Origin: Patescibacteria group bacterium
Lineage (GTDB): Bacteria > Patescibacteriota > Patescibacteriia > JAHJFT01
Reading direction: 5' to 3'
Length of the DNA stretch: 64,000 nt
NCBI GenBank assembly: GCA_028710985.1
Contig: JAQTTB010000001.1
Coordinates: 295,397 to 359,396 of the forward strand
Shown in pieces: positions 42,301 to 48,338 of the stretch (its first letter is position 1; each line of letters opens with the position of its first letter). The translations under genes and the position numbers were made by a program. The notes under the pieces are model-generated. The model searched no databases. It saw only the letters and a list, made by a program, of their open reading frames with translations, and was not told the origin of the DNA.

Positions 42301-43770
42301 ACAACCATCATGGTATTTGTTAACCCGATGTGGTATTCGGGTGGAGCGATACAAAATAATGGGGACAAATCAACATTTGTTGACAATTTCTCTTTTGAGC
42401 CAGCCTTGTTTGCAACTTCCTCAACTCCGGCCATTGATTCATTCGGCCTCTCGTTCCGCGGTTCGGGTTGGGATACGGTTTCCAGTACCGAAAGAATTTT
42501 GAGCATGACAATTTTGAATGAAGTTTCATCCACTGATGAATTCGGTTTAGCTATTAATAATAGTGATGACGAAAAAGTCGCCTATGTTTCAAATAATGGT
42601 GACTTGATGATTTCCGGCCGGCTGTATCCGTCCGACCGCGGCGTCATGCAGAGCGACAAATATATTTTCTTGGATACAAGCGGCGGATTGGGCGACTACA
42701 TGCGCACCAATGCCGACGGCTGGGCAACCGGTAGCTATGATTATGCCGAAATGTTCTATTCCGATGACGGCCTCACGGCTGGTGAAATCGTGACCGTTGG
42801 CACGGCTGACGAAACCGTGGCGCGCAGCGCGAGCGCTTACCAAAATCCGCTGCTCGGCATCGTCTCAACCAAGCCGGGATTCATTGCCGGTGAATTTGCC
42901 ACTTCAACTCATCCAGTGGCGCTCTCCGGCCGCGTTCCGACCCGTGTGACGAACGTGAATGGCGCTATCGCCATCGGCGATCCGATTACGAGTTCTGACA
43001 TTCCGGGCGTGGGCATGAAAGCCACGGCAAACGGACCGATCGTGGGCTATGCGCTTGAAGCATCAGATTCGGCGGCTGATGAAATTATTCTATATGTTAA
43101 TCCGGGTTGGTGGAACGGCGGTACAACGAGCGCCATTCCGGGCGCCGAAGGGGGCGCTTCCGGATTCCCGGCGGTTCCGGGCGAGGTTACATATATTAAC
43201 GGCGATCTGGATATCACCGGCCATGATCTCTATGGCGTGAAAAAGATTTACGGCAATGGTTACAAATGGGAGATTGACGAAAATGGCGTGGTTATTTCGC
43301 GCGTGGAAACCGGCGGCGGACAAAAAGAAGTCTTTGGCGTCACCGCCACCCAGGCCGAAATTATTGTGAGCGGTTCGGGCATTACGGAAAATGGCGCCGC
43401 AACGGTTGAATTCAGCGCCGAAGTTGTTGCCCTGCTCTCATCCTCCAATTTAAATGTTAAAGTAATCGTTACGCCGACCTCGGCAAATACGGCCGGTCTT
43501 GCAGTAACGGCCAAATCATCGGCCGGATTCACGGTGACCGAACTCAATTCCGGTACTAACGCGGTGACGTTTGATTGGATGCTCATGGCTCCGCGCGCCG
43601 GATACGAAAGAACGCTTGAAGATTACATTGTAAATCCGGCAAGCGCGGCGCCACTGGAAGAATCTTCTTCAACCGAACCAGTCGTGCCTCCGGAAGAGTC
43701 GGGTTCATCAACCGAACCGATTATACCTCCGGAAGAATCTGGTTCTTCAACTGAACCAATAATTCCGTAA
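27340..43770 (+). CDS. giant (5476 aa) secreted modular fibre/adhesin-like protein
   Basis: signal peptide; INYQGKL..DGTY...F.IYD N-terminal domain; GxxAGxxNTTG beta-solenoid repeats; YGVY glycine-rich repeats; two D(I/Y)AE...GIVST.P...AL.GRVP modules resembling intramolecular-chaperone/peptidase G2 domains. Confidence 0.85.
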   Translation: MNSIGGRQFKRTLKKTIVLQMAVLMLLVWFGAFVTPEKAHAAINKYINYQGKLLDSSKIPVADGTYGIEFKIYDAVTAGSELWSDSFDVAVDDGLFSILLGSSGTLDLNFEDEAGYWLGVNVEADGEMTPRKEIGAAAYAFNSDLLDGLHATTTGAISSAVVALTANGNLTITGDPQGGAVTQGSLYINPAAPAADETLLGIANNGSQRLLLDAEGDLTVAGYVSTTQLFIDSIDVQTSASRTTSGAYIIGVADNFSWSASTNVQFVLEDLDLAITNASSSANLWTDAGTYIYNTPAGDINRFYDNGDIKFDQVSDTLFIDQSAHSIGIFTTSPTAAALEVDANSLGTTTANKIILANTTAAGAGAQQVSPALNFRSQGWSLAESASQEVDWQVYVLPHQYAGRQATSDLYFQYKLGGESSYRTGIIFTAPFDSGYASLAAYNGTFYNSVSVSAVLSVSTNAYLAYTSTAYRVGIGTNSPGYKLHVVGTSGFDGSLAVSSTNLIFDAAGTAFASSTDRTHSGAYYLGVADNFSWSASTNVQFVLEDLDLAITNASSSANLWKANASYIYPASTTANVFPSSNNAQSLGAFGSAWKDIYASGTSYLTNVTAANYVNVSDATVGYKIGGNIILRNPYTRNILLGQSAGAALNSDGTDNMFLGYLAGAAATSSDYNTFIGSYAGYANTAGTANAFIGYVAGYANTTGANNIFIGSYAGYTNTIGANNSFIGYAAGRYSTTGSYNSFIGNAAGYSNTTGAANAFIGYGAGYYNTTGANNTAIGSYVLYANTTGANNSAIGFYALSANTTGANNSVIGYFASFYNSSATSTVAIGYQAARGTAAYSNQNGVYIGYNAGYAAQTGSDNNIMIGYQAGDSITTGSGNLLIGYDVDNATSTASTNYINIGNTIQGWIGGKIYPYNHGTQDLGAYGYAWKDIWASGTAFLANANLSGNATVLGYVSTTQVYIDSIDIEGQGTGNTTAGAYKIGTYDEFDWSASTNVQDVLDDLDATLTTVSTSAMLWTDAGTYIYNTPAGDINRFYDTGSVNFDATNTTLYVDAMNNRVGVGTNNALSVFHILGSYPQLLINDSSVPSFLSLRGDANIFFNNASNYRIASQAYANRGTATGDTVRFTIQGSNGYVGIATSTPQVMLHVYDGSFRQQDTTGGKTGQLTISTLSSGTLIQETNNGRITYKAYAHTWQTHAGTEIFRTSDGLTAVIFNGNIFSYGNLYTSSSKLFVGSDTTLAESTDRLDSGAYNVGVADNFSWSASTNVQFVLEDLDLAITNASSSANIWKANASYIYPASTTANVFPSSNNAQSLGAFGSAWKDIYASGTAYLTNVTAANYVNVSDATVGYKIGGNIILRNPYTHNTLIGQNAGANINSDGTDNTFIGYFAGYTATSTDYNVFIGPYAGQNNAAGANNSFIGYAAGKDNTTGSGNSFIGYVAGYANTIGNYNSSIGYAAGYANTTGSYNSFIGNAAGQTNTTGANNTGVGYSALYSNTTGVNNTAVGYSALFYNSSATSTVTIGYQAARGTAAYSNQNGVYIGYRAGYVVQTGSDNNIMIGFQAGNSITTGANNILIGYDVDTPLATTSNYLNIGNRIYGSLTDGILNIQPNGDSNNYSRFATVDAQPILYFVSSTMTNYSGFRLNSSTGEMEYRDEDSATYTPFDTIAAGAGIWSTGASYIYPASTTANAFPSSNNAQSLGAFSSAWKDFYASGTSYLTGVLNSDGALGAPSYSFAADSDTGMFWAGTGNVRFSSNGASIVTMGNSEVDVGGSILPTANNTRDLGAFSYAWRNIYASGTAFLTGIQNSVGAVGTPSYSFAGDTNTGIYSPLSDAVAIAVNGAQRFQVTATGAQVTGTVYSDANNSRDIGYFGNAWNDIFASGTAFLADANLSGNATVLGYVSTTQLFIDSIDVQTSASRTTSGAYVIGVADNFSWSASTNVQFVLEDLDLAITNASSSANIWKLGASYIYPASTTADILAGAATPDGVSPFYVDIAGGDRLLQLYKVYGGTLAAGAANYGLHAQVSSTVDVADQIYQMYGAYSQAEFAGTYDSGSGGSITVTGSYSEGRSATNTMYIYGAYNYGLQEAGATADTVYGAYNRAISAGSTNTGVYGTFSDAQGDGISRAYGVYSTVTGGTSNYGFSASVTDGAAGSNYGVNLMVSDGLGSNYGISASVSGSAGGTVQYGGQFTVGGAAGDTNYGIDAEVTGFGVGDTNYGVYANVTGAAANWAGWFAGGDVYVENKLFVSSSELFIGTDTALSESTGRLDSGAYNVGVADNFAWSASTNVQFVLEDLDAAITAAGGIWTDAEGYIYPTAAGDYYDTGARIYDNGEINTDSNLVVDGYAAFGTATDTSKIVNIENTATDKYGLYSHTTSTSLIPGDWYQVPSGAAGYFLADGSYGGVRTNTGIMSRAVGVALFNSGNVSHAYNATNYNFAYFGTASGTNSYVVYGLNPSYGTTVDAWGGYLEVNTTANGGTSDHVGMETKVGGADANWGYKTTTSAPSGEKAYGFWANVDVQAASESYGIYLTLDDLTGVSTNLYGSSMSVKGNAAGYAGTIYGNKIVAQYGGTIYGLDIDIDNIHNYGYGVNVSVDGASYSPVVYLAGKSLKNFGVRGMAASDTADVVGVYGLGTGNGGDNSIFGMVGKATGGISQYGAYLEAVGDTSDATYGLYSRTNTGDSATSYGVYSYAVGGADSTNYGVYAVATDGASTPVVNYGIFASSSAATTNWAGWFGAGDVYVENKLFVSSSELFIGTDTALSESTDRLDSGAYNVGVADNFSWSASTNVQFVLEDLDATLTTVSTSAMLWTDAGTYIYNTPAGDKNRFYDNGAVLFGQSWNTFFVSGTSNYVGIGTATPSTTLHIVGTSYPFVLVEGSSISKFTALRADSKIFFTSTENFNISSQPYANRGTAAGETLRFTILGSNGYVGINTASPTSTLQVTGGDVHFQATGGAPGTYWDYDTGYLGIGTTGPVAKLNISVSGDGTEALRFSTERAWTFRQSGVGGAAKLQLKDLSGQKYFEITGFDDSVTASFYNDFATPAGSRVLLLPGGGNVGIGTTAPNYLLHVSGTSAFMDNMYVSSSELFINTSTYLSESTARDDSGAYNVGVADNFSWSASTNVQFVLEDLDLAITNASSSANIWKANASYIYPASTTANVFPSSNNAQSLGAFGSAWKDIYASGTAYLTNVTAANYVNVSDATVGYKIGGNIILRNPYTRNTLLGQGAGAALNSDGTDNTFIGHGAGNVATSTDYNAFVGAYAGYANTIGNYNSFIGYAAGFSNTIGANNTFIGNAAGQSNTTGAGNIAIGSAALYTNSTSANNTAIGNAALRYTTGANNTGVGYAALYTNTTGAGNTGVGSYTLYANTTGTNNTAIGLYALSANTTGSYNTAIGYYSSLYNSSATSTVAIGYQAARGTAAYSNQNGVYIGYNAGYAAQTGSNNNIMIGYQAGDSITTGSGNLLIGYDVDNATSTASTNYINIGNTLQGWIGGKIYPYNQGTQDLGAYGYAWKDIFASGTAFLANANLSGNATVLGYVSTTQLFIDSIDVQTSASRTTSGAYVIGVADNFSWSASTNVQFVLEDLDLAITNASSSANLWKANASYIYPASTTTKIYVPKQAYPIPSLTFSDDPDTGFGSITANQLTFYAGGTESFTAKASGILNYINWKAPATNSQLNVLGAITTGSGNTAFRIGNENALYGTDRVLAVYSGNLNGELLTVLANGSVGMGDTTPDFGLEVATSTASGFLAVSSVSGNNGDLFMVDEAGRVGINTTDPGYKLHVVGTSGFDGSLAVSSTNLIFDASGTAIASSTDRLHSGAYFVGVDSANITQSASTNVQFVLEDFDLAIVSAGSKWTDAAGYIYPTVAGDYGGTGMKIADDGEISTDGNLTVDGKVAIGTTILGTRMLNIIQAGTGVSNYGINVTASGAGTNNYAIYATATGGAAANWAAYFGAGNVAVLNGNMYVGATTETITDTTFSMAGDDFYDSGMIGAAVALYTNGYICVGGDGCGTDAGTVYVIQAGTGVSNYGVHVTASGAGTTNYGVYATVSGSATNYAFYSPDAGGYSYFGDHVAIEDAAVSDNYALGILETFSGAGITGLQTGVSTTVAFTGSVGAGNYYFGAQSDVATWSGTAGDANDMLIGNAAQIYVTTTGGKTLEDARAFYGYSRVSDGYVSSTYGVYGTSNNSGGLVDYAYGGYFSAEGTATDNYGIYASAEDGQHQIGGNFVATGSTGDSTYGVKIDVAGGDKNYGVYTVVGSADSESYAVYGRTTGGIYSVGSTSYGGYFTGLAVASTTYGVYANASNGTTASYGVFAKGTTAGVYAENPADANDYTQLLNVSGGTVNGVNTQIIHNDAATAYGSKITVTGSAGNAGDLQGVSATLTGVAYDPSSYAYGGYFSAAVTASSTYGIYANASGGTQQSVGVFAKGTSAGVFAENPADASDYTKLMYVDGGTIHGVRVDIQHNNAAEAHGLDIGVTGTGANPGDLYGAKVQTLGTVYDADSLAYGGYFYNTVTASTTYGVYGKAANTSEGSTSYGLYGEAIDGPGVGLQVGVMGVAGDALYSMGVRAQSPKIALAAEDSNDINNHSVYLAHWAASNEAVGVTINNLASLNMSDVSREGLIVSVSGYPGNTRKVTGIDVAANKLGGVGDIFGIDVDTNSNSTSSVNVYGIRSITTGDNNSADGEIYAGYFDITSSDASSSIGVYANAASGDTNWAFYGGGVTDSAFGGDIYVGYGNAGDDDYVYFDGGSTEYLVWDNANARFRFSDDLVADGNVYVGNSSQVDDDYVYFDQAAEWIVYDESVDDRFEITGQVYIITDTQSTNGICGSNAAVGSTELYDCSGTPGDIAEWYPIVEDAVAGDIVYAASSTITYSEVLFDPVSGLSTSSTGTYNTSVVDRASKPYDSRIIGIVSTSPVQRFGENVREVSSSTAVIALIGRVPTRVSDANGPIKAGDQITSSDIRGVGMKSTKPGMVVGTALEDWSGSGETTIMVFVNPMWYSGGAIQNNGDKSTFVDNFSFEPALFATSSTPAIDSFGLSFRGSGWDTVSSTERILSMTILNEVSSTDEFGLAINNSDDEKVAYVSNNGDLMISGRLYPSDRGVMQSDKYIFLDTSGGLGDYMRTNADGWATGSYDYAEMFYSDDGLTAGEIVTVGTADETVARSASAYQNPLLGIVSTKPGFIAGEFATSTHPVALSGRVPTRVTNVNGAIAIGDPITSSDIPGVGMKATANGPIVGYALEASDSAADEIILYVNPGWWNGGTTSAIPGAEGGASGFPAVPGEVTYINGDLDITGHDLYGVKKIYGNGYKWEIDENGVVISRVETGGGQKEVFGVTATQAEIIVSGSGITENGAATVEFSAEVVALLSSSNLNVKVIVTPTSANTAGLAVTAKSSAGFTVTELNSGTNAVTFDWMLMAPRAGYERTLEDYIVNPASAAPLEESSSTEPVVPPEESGSSTEPIIPPEESGSSTEPIIP
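43657..43767 (+). repeat. three tandem coding repeats (EESGSSTEPIIPP) at the C-terminus of the giant protein
   Basis: visible in the translation and in DNA (tcaaccgaacc). Confidence 0.8.
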
Positions 43771-43780
43771 TAATCAAAAC

Positions 43781-43817
43781 AAAAAATCCCCTGAACGAAG
43801 TCGAAGGGGGATTTTTT
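43781..43817. terminator. bidirectional terminator
   Basis: aaaaaatcccct...agggggatttttt. Confidence 0.7.
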
Positions 43818-43863
43818 AACTGCTTAATTATCTCAATTTTTTTTGGGGTAATTAAGAAGGAAT

Positions 43864-43899
43864 GGGAGCGCTTTAGTAAGTTGGCGGCTCCCAGAAGCC
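43864..43899 (-). repeat. conserved 3' hairpin element, copy 1
   Basis: gggagcgcttt...ggcggctcccagaagcc; also at 45156 and 46506. Confidence 0.85.
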
Positions 43900-43911
43900 A
43901 GAGAAGTGGAG

Positions 43912-44970
43912 TTACTCCTGGTAAATGGCGTCGTAGGTTGCTTCGAAGTGTTCCGAGCTATCAAGACCGCTTAGCGCGACTACGCCGGACACGTCGTGTC
44001 CAACCGCCGCATTCACGATCCCGATGAACTCGGGTCCGTAGCAAACCGCTTCGCCATCGGTTAGGAACCAGGAATCGTACACATCGGCGAGGATTTGGCG
44101 CACGCACTCTTGGCCGCAGCCGTGGTAGGCCCACAGCGTGCCAAAAAGCGCGTACCCGATCTGCCGGTCGGGTTGCGAACTCGGCGTGGCGACTTCGGTG
44201 AGTTCAGCGCCGCTGTTGACCGCTTCAACCGCCGTCTTGTAGATGGCGATGTAGATGCGGTCAAAAACGATGATGTCCTCAAGGAATTCAACCAGTCCGT
44301 GATTCCAGATTCCGCCGCAGAAGGGTGACCAGAGGAAGGCATGGGCGAGCTCGTGCGTGGCCGCGGCTTCGAAAGTTCGCGGAACGCCCTCGTCGTCGAG
44401 GTAAGAGACCGTGGGCTCGTTCACGAAACTGTCCTCGTTTACCAGCGCGCCGGACCAGTCGGCATGAACCGTCTGTCCCGAACCCATGGCAAACAGAGCG
44501 AGGTTGAGCGTGCGGTAGCCGGAGTCGTAGTAGCGGTCCACTGCCGTGGGAGGCCGGTATCCGGTCCAGCTGACGAGTTCCGCGTAATAGGGCAGAATCT
44601 CGGTCTGAACCTGGGCAAGTACCTCGTCGCTGACCGTACAGCCGGCGCAGGCCGCGCGAAGTTCCGTACCGGTGGTGCAGGAAGAAATCGGCGTCTCGTC
44701 AATCTCGGCCGGGCAGGTGCCGCCATCCGAATAGACATTGTCGCCGCACCAGTTGTACTTGGTGAGGTTGCTGCATGTCCGGTTGATGAGGCAGAGGTCG
44801 TTCGTGCAGATGGAGCCGTCGTTGCAGTCGTCGTGCGAGCCGCAGAATGGCGGGTTGAACTCCGCCGAAACCGGCGGGTTGGCGAGCGCGACCGGATTGA
44901 TTCCGGCCGGCTCTTGGTAGCAGGCGGGAATCATGATCGCCACGAGGACGATCGCGGCCGTTCGCTTCAT
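43912..44970 (-). CDS. lipoprotein with Cys-rich repeat and HExxH zinc-peptidase motif
   Basis: lipobox-like IPAC; CNDGSICTNDLC; THELAH with downstream GLVE. Confidence 0.7.
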   Translation of the reverse strand: MKRTAAIVLVAIMIPACYQEPAGINPVALANPPVSAEFNPPFCGSHDDCNDGSICTNDLCLINRTCSNLTKYNWCGDNVYSDGGTCPAEIDETPISSCTTGTELRAACAGCTVSDEVLAQVQTEILPYYAELVSWTGYRPPTAVDRYYDSGYRTLNLALFAMGSGQTVHADWSGALVNEDSFVNEPTVSYLDDEGVPRTFEAAATHELAHAFLWSPFCGGIWNHGLVEFLEDIIVFDRIYIAIYKTAVEAVNSGAELTEVATPSSQPDRQIGYALFGTLWAYHGCGQECVRQILADVYDSWFLTDGEAVCYGPEFIGIVNAAVGHDVSGVVALSGLDSSEHFEATYDAIYQE

Positions 44971-45054
44971 GTGGGTTTCCTCTCAATATTGTAAGGAGCT
45001 TGTTTGTTCAGTCATGAAAGACGGAATTGTCCTTCAATTACATTTTAACATTAA

Positions 45055-45083
45055 ATTATAGCAGATATTAAGAGTTTTGTCAA
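45055..45083 (-). promoter_or_regulatory. consensus sigma70 promoter
   Basis: minus strand TTGACA-17-TATAAT with extended TG. Confidence 0.8.
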
Positions 45084-45155
45084 GGGTAATAAGGTGATTT
45101 TTTATCTAAAATAAGCAAAATAATATAATATTAGCCAAAATTTGATAAGAAAAAA

Positions 45156-45188
45156 GGGAGCGCTTTGTGGAGGCGGCTCCCAGAAACC
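45156..45188 (-). repeat. conserved 3' hairpin element, copy 2 (terminator-like)
   Basis: gggagcgctttgtggaggcggctcccagaaacc; followed by a T-tract on the minus strand. Confidence 0.85.
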
Positions 45189-45200
45189 TAGGAAGGTGTG

Positions 45201-46427
45201 TTAGTGGCAGTTGAGATTCTTAAATGACAGGCCGGCATTGGTCAGCCAGAGCGCATAGACGTCGTCGCCCACGCGGATGAGTTCGGTGTCGGCGCATCCG
45301 GTGAGATCGAGATCAACCCAGAGTTCGGTTTCCGCGAGGTCGGTCGTGAGCCGGATGACGTGGATGCTGGAAATGCCGGTTTCTAGATCCACACCGCACC
45401 AACTGGCGCGTGCCGGATCATCATCTGACGAATCAATGCCGGCTACGCCCGCGATGTCCCGGTCCAGATCCAGCGCCATGACCGTATCGTCAGGAAGGAC
45501 CCAGCCCGCAGAAAGCTGGTTTATGTCGTCCGCCATGTACCGTTCGTAGAGCACCATCGCCGTACCGCCGGCATTGACCATGGCTCGCGTGGCGAACATG
45601 GTCGGCTCAAGTACGATGGTGGTTACTTCGCCGAATGCGTCAGGCGCCACGAACTCGGTGAGATAAACCGAGTTGTTGGATTCTCCGCGTACCGTGTAGG
45701 CGAGAGACCAGCCGGTTTCGGTTGGTGAAAGTACCGGGCTGCGGCTGTCGGCGCTGATGAGCCGGTGATAGTCGTTGAAACCCGTGCTTGCGGACCAGCG
45801 GCCGAACCAGGCGGTGGCGATTTCCGGATCACGAACTTCAAGGGCCAGACCGTATTCACCATCCAGGCCGAGCTTAACATCGTTGAGCGTGGTCGTGGCT
45901 GGTGATGGGGAGTCCCAGATTTCGCCGCGGTTTATCACTGCGCTCTCGGAGATGCCGTATTCGCCGGTCAACATGATGGCGCTGTCGCTGGAAGTTGCAG
46001 TCCAGAACAGGCGGGGATTCTCGCCGGCGAACCAGAACACGAACGGCTTGCGCAGTTCATTGCCCGGCTCCTCGATTGGAGTAGCCGTGAGTTCCTCGGG
46101 CGGTTCGAGCGGATTGAAGAGAGAGATATTTCCTCGCTCTCCGCTATCGCAGCCGATCCATGCGAGGATGATTCTCTCGTCGTCGCTTGCGGCATCCAGG
46201 CCGCAGCCCAGGGTCGGCAGGTTGATGGTTCTGATCTCGGGATCGCACATCGGTTCCACGCACTCGTCGATCACGTGGCAGAGGTTGTCGGCTCCGCAGT
46301 AGTCCAGCGTGCACTCCACGCCGTCCTCGCACTCGTTGTCCGAGTTGCATTCAGTCTGGCCGTCGAGGTCAACGCGGTAGCAGCTCACGAAACACATGGC
46401 GCAAAGCGCCAGAATCAGCTTCTTCAT
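45201..46427 (-). CDS. lipoprotein with Cys-rich repeat and probable beta-propeller domain
   Basis: FVSC lipobox; CEDGVECTLDYC; strong SD; similar to the next gene. Confidence 0.7.
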   Translation of the reverse strand: MKKLILALCAMCFVSCYRVDLDGQTECNSDNECEDGVECTLDYCGADNLCHVIDECVEPMCDPEIRTINLPTLGCGLDAASDDERIILAWIGCDSGERGNISLFNPLEPPEELTATPIEEPGNELRKPFVFWFAGENPRLFWTATSSDSAIMLTGEYGISESAVINRGEIWDSPSPATTTLNDVKLGLDGEYGLALEVRDPEIATAWFGRWSASTGFNDYHRLISADSRSPVLSPTETGWSLAYTVRGESNNSVYLTEFVAPDAFGEVTTIVLEPTMFATRAMVNAGGTAMVLYERYMADDINQLSAGWVLPDDTVMALDLDRDIAGVAGIDSSDDDPARASWCGVDLETGISSIHVIRLTTDLAETELWVDLDLTGCADTELIRVGDDVYALWLTNAGLSFKNLNCH

Positions 46428-46505
46428 TTCAAAACCCTCCTTGGTTTTTTCAAAGTCCGATTTCTACTTTATTGCCCCATACCAATGAGGCAATCAAGAT
46501 GAAAT

Positions 46506-46541
46506 GGGAGCGCTTTAGTAAGTTGGCGGCTCCCGGAAGCC
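46506..46541 (-). repeat. conserved 3' hairpin element, copy 3
   Basis: 46503-46534 identical to 43861-43892 (32 bp). Confidence 0.85.
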
Positions 46542-46553
46542 TTTAGTGAAAGA

Positions 46554-47708
46554 TCAATTGCAGATCTTGCGGTAGGAGAGGTTCTTGCTCGTGGAATCGA
46601 GCCAGAAGATCCAGTCGTTGGTTTCCGTGCCAAGCAGGTGAGTCATCTGGCATCCGCCCGGAAGGCTGATGTCTAGGATGCTTCGTCTTGGAGCCGGACC
46701 AACCAGCTGGACGTGAAGCGAGTCGGCGTCATCTTCGGAACCGCACCAGCTCAATAGCGCCCGGTCATCCCAGAGTGCGCCCAAGCCATGGCTTCCGCTC
46801 GCGTTGCTATCCAGCAGTTCAAGACCGTCGCTTCCGGAGGCGGCGAAGTAGAGTTCACTGTAATCACCGCGGTCCCGGTTAACGAGCAGGAAGTCGTCGG
46901 CCAGAGTCGGCGCGATCGCCGCCGATGAGTATCGTCCGCTTTCCGGGCTGATGAGGACGGCTTCGCCCAGCCCATGAACTAGTGAATAGTCCACGGTCCA
47001 GACATCGCCGTAAGCCGGATCAAGCTCCGGATGAACGGTGTAGGCGAGCGAGTAACCATCCGCTACCGTGTCAACAACTCCATGAGTCGTGAACGGCGCG
47101 TCGCCGAGTTCCTGGATCGTCTTGAGCTCGCCATCGAGCGAGAACCGAGCGAACATTGCCTGCTGGTAACCTACGACTTCATCGTGGTATGCCCAGACCA
47201 AGCCGTATTCGCCCGACGGGTGGAAAACCGCCTCGCCCAGGCTCGAGTAGTAGCCCTGGTCAAAGAGAATCTTTGGCTCGCCCAAGCTTCCCGTTTCTAG
47301 GTCGTACTCGGCCATGACGAGAGTGCCGCGCGAGTCCGAGGCGTGATAGCGGGTCCAGAAGATCTGCGGATTGCCATCGTGCCAGAGAACTCGCGGATTC
47401 CACACCGCGAGATCCTCATCGGTCTCGAGGGGAATGGGAGTGAGTTCGGCGGGAGGGTTCTCGAGTTCGAATACCGCGATGTGACCCTTGCCCATGTCGC
47501 AGCCACGATCGCGCCAGACAAGCGTGGCCAGGCCGTTGCGGCTCGCCACGTCATAGTCTTCCACGCCTTCTGCGAACGAGAAGGCATGGGTCACGGGTAT
47601 GCACATTGGCTCACAGCCGCCGTCCGGGCAGTCGGATTCGGCATATCGCGCTTCGCTCATATAGCAGCCGGTCGCAAAAAGCGCCGTTGCGATTATCAGG
47701 TTTCTCAT
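46554..47708 (-). CDS. lipoprotein, paralog of 45201-46427
   Basis: ATGC lipobox; shared EPMC, GEYGL, SLAYTV, SWCG and LS(F/Y) segments. Confidence 0.7.
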   Translation of the reverse strand: MRNLIIATALFATGCYMSEARYAESDCPDGGCEPMCIPVTHAFSFAEGVEDYDVASRNGLATLVWRDRGCDMGKGHIAVFELENPPAELTPIPLETDEDLAVWNPRVLWHDGNPQIFWTRYHASDSRGTLVMAEYDLETGSLGEPKILFDQGYYSSLGEAVFHPSGEYGLVWAYHDEVVGYQQAMFARFSLDGELKTIQELGDAPFTTHGVVDTVADGYSLAYTVHPELDPAYGDVWTVDYSLVHGLGEAVLISPESGRYSSAAIAPTLADDFLLVNRDRGDYSELYFAASGSDGLELLDSNASGSHGLGALWDDRALLSWCGSEDDADSLHVQLVGPAPRRSILDISLPGGCQMTHLLGTETNDWIFWLDSTSKNLSYRKICN

Positions 47709-47770
47709 CGGTCCTCTCCTTGTGTTTTATGGTTGGATTTCAATGTCCCATGCTACCATTGTAGCCTGAA

Positions 47771-47799
47771 ATTATAGCATATTTAAGCGGTTTTGTCAA
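47771..47799 (-). promoter_or_regulatory. consensus sigma70 promoter, near-copy of the one at 45055
   Basis: minus strand TTGACA-17-TATAAT with extended TG. Confidence 0.8.
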
Positions 47800-47856
47800 G
47801 GCTCTGTACAGTTAATCTCTAAGGGTGACTAAGGTTAACTATACCGAGGCGCATAC

Positions 47857-47880
47857 AAAAAACCGCCCAAAGGCGGTTTT
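47857..47880 (-). terminator. intrinsic terminator
   Basis: aaaaaccgcc-caaa-ggcggtttt. Confidence 0.75.
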
Positions 47881-47903
47881 GATAATTTTTATGATTAATA
47901 TAT

Positions 47904-48248
47904 CTATTCTGCCGGTTTGGGAAAAATCTTAATCTGCCCCAGGCGCTCCAGATCGGCTTGGTCAATTAGCCCGTGGCTTGCCATTATGCTAGTTTGTGTG
48001 TCTATTTTTTCTTCTAATTTTTTGTCCCGGACCACGGTTTCGCCAGATAAATCAGCGATTTTATCGGCCAAATAATCTCGGGTATCCATAATATCCTTTT
48101 TAGTTGCCATGGTTGAACGTATTTCTTTGATTTCTCCCTTAATACCGCCAATCTCTTCTCGCAATTCATCAAACTGCGGAGCAATGGTTTGCTCGTAAAA
48201 ATTGCCAAATTCTGTCCCGATTTTCTTTAAATCTTGGTCATCTAACAT
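47904..48248 (-). CDS. small coiled-coil hypothetical protein
   Basis: MLDDQDLKKIG...IKGEIKEIRSTMATKKDI. Confidence 0.65.
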   Translation of the reverse strand: MLDDQDLKKIGTEFGNFYEQTIAPQFDELREEIGGIKGEIKEIRSTMATKKDIMDTRDYLADKIADLSGETVVRDKKLEEKIDTQTSIMASHGLIDQADLERLGQIKIFPKPAE

Positions 48249-48338
48249 ATAAAACAATTATAAACGCAATATTCCATGTCGTCAAATTATGTGTTATAAT
48301 TGCCTTATCAAGGGGAAAGGTTATCCCCAACGTCCGAG

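Noticed and set aside
27340-43770. Prophage tail-fibre gene
   Set aside because: The protein has a signal peptide, lies in a host surface operon, and no capsid, terminase or integrase genes are nearby.
43861-47799. Classical integron cassette array
   Set aside because: The repeats lack attC RYYYAAC/GTTRRRY cores, are too short, and no integron integrase is present; kept only as a cassette-like finding.
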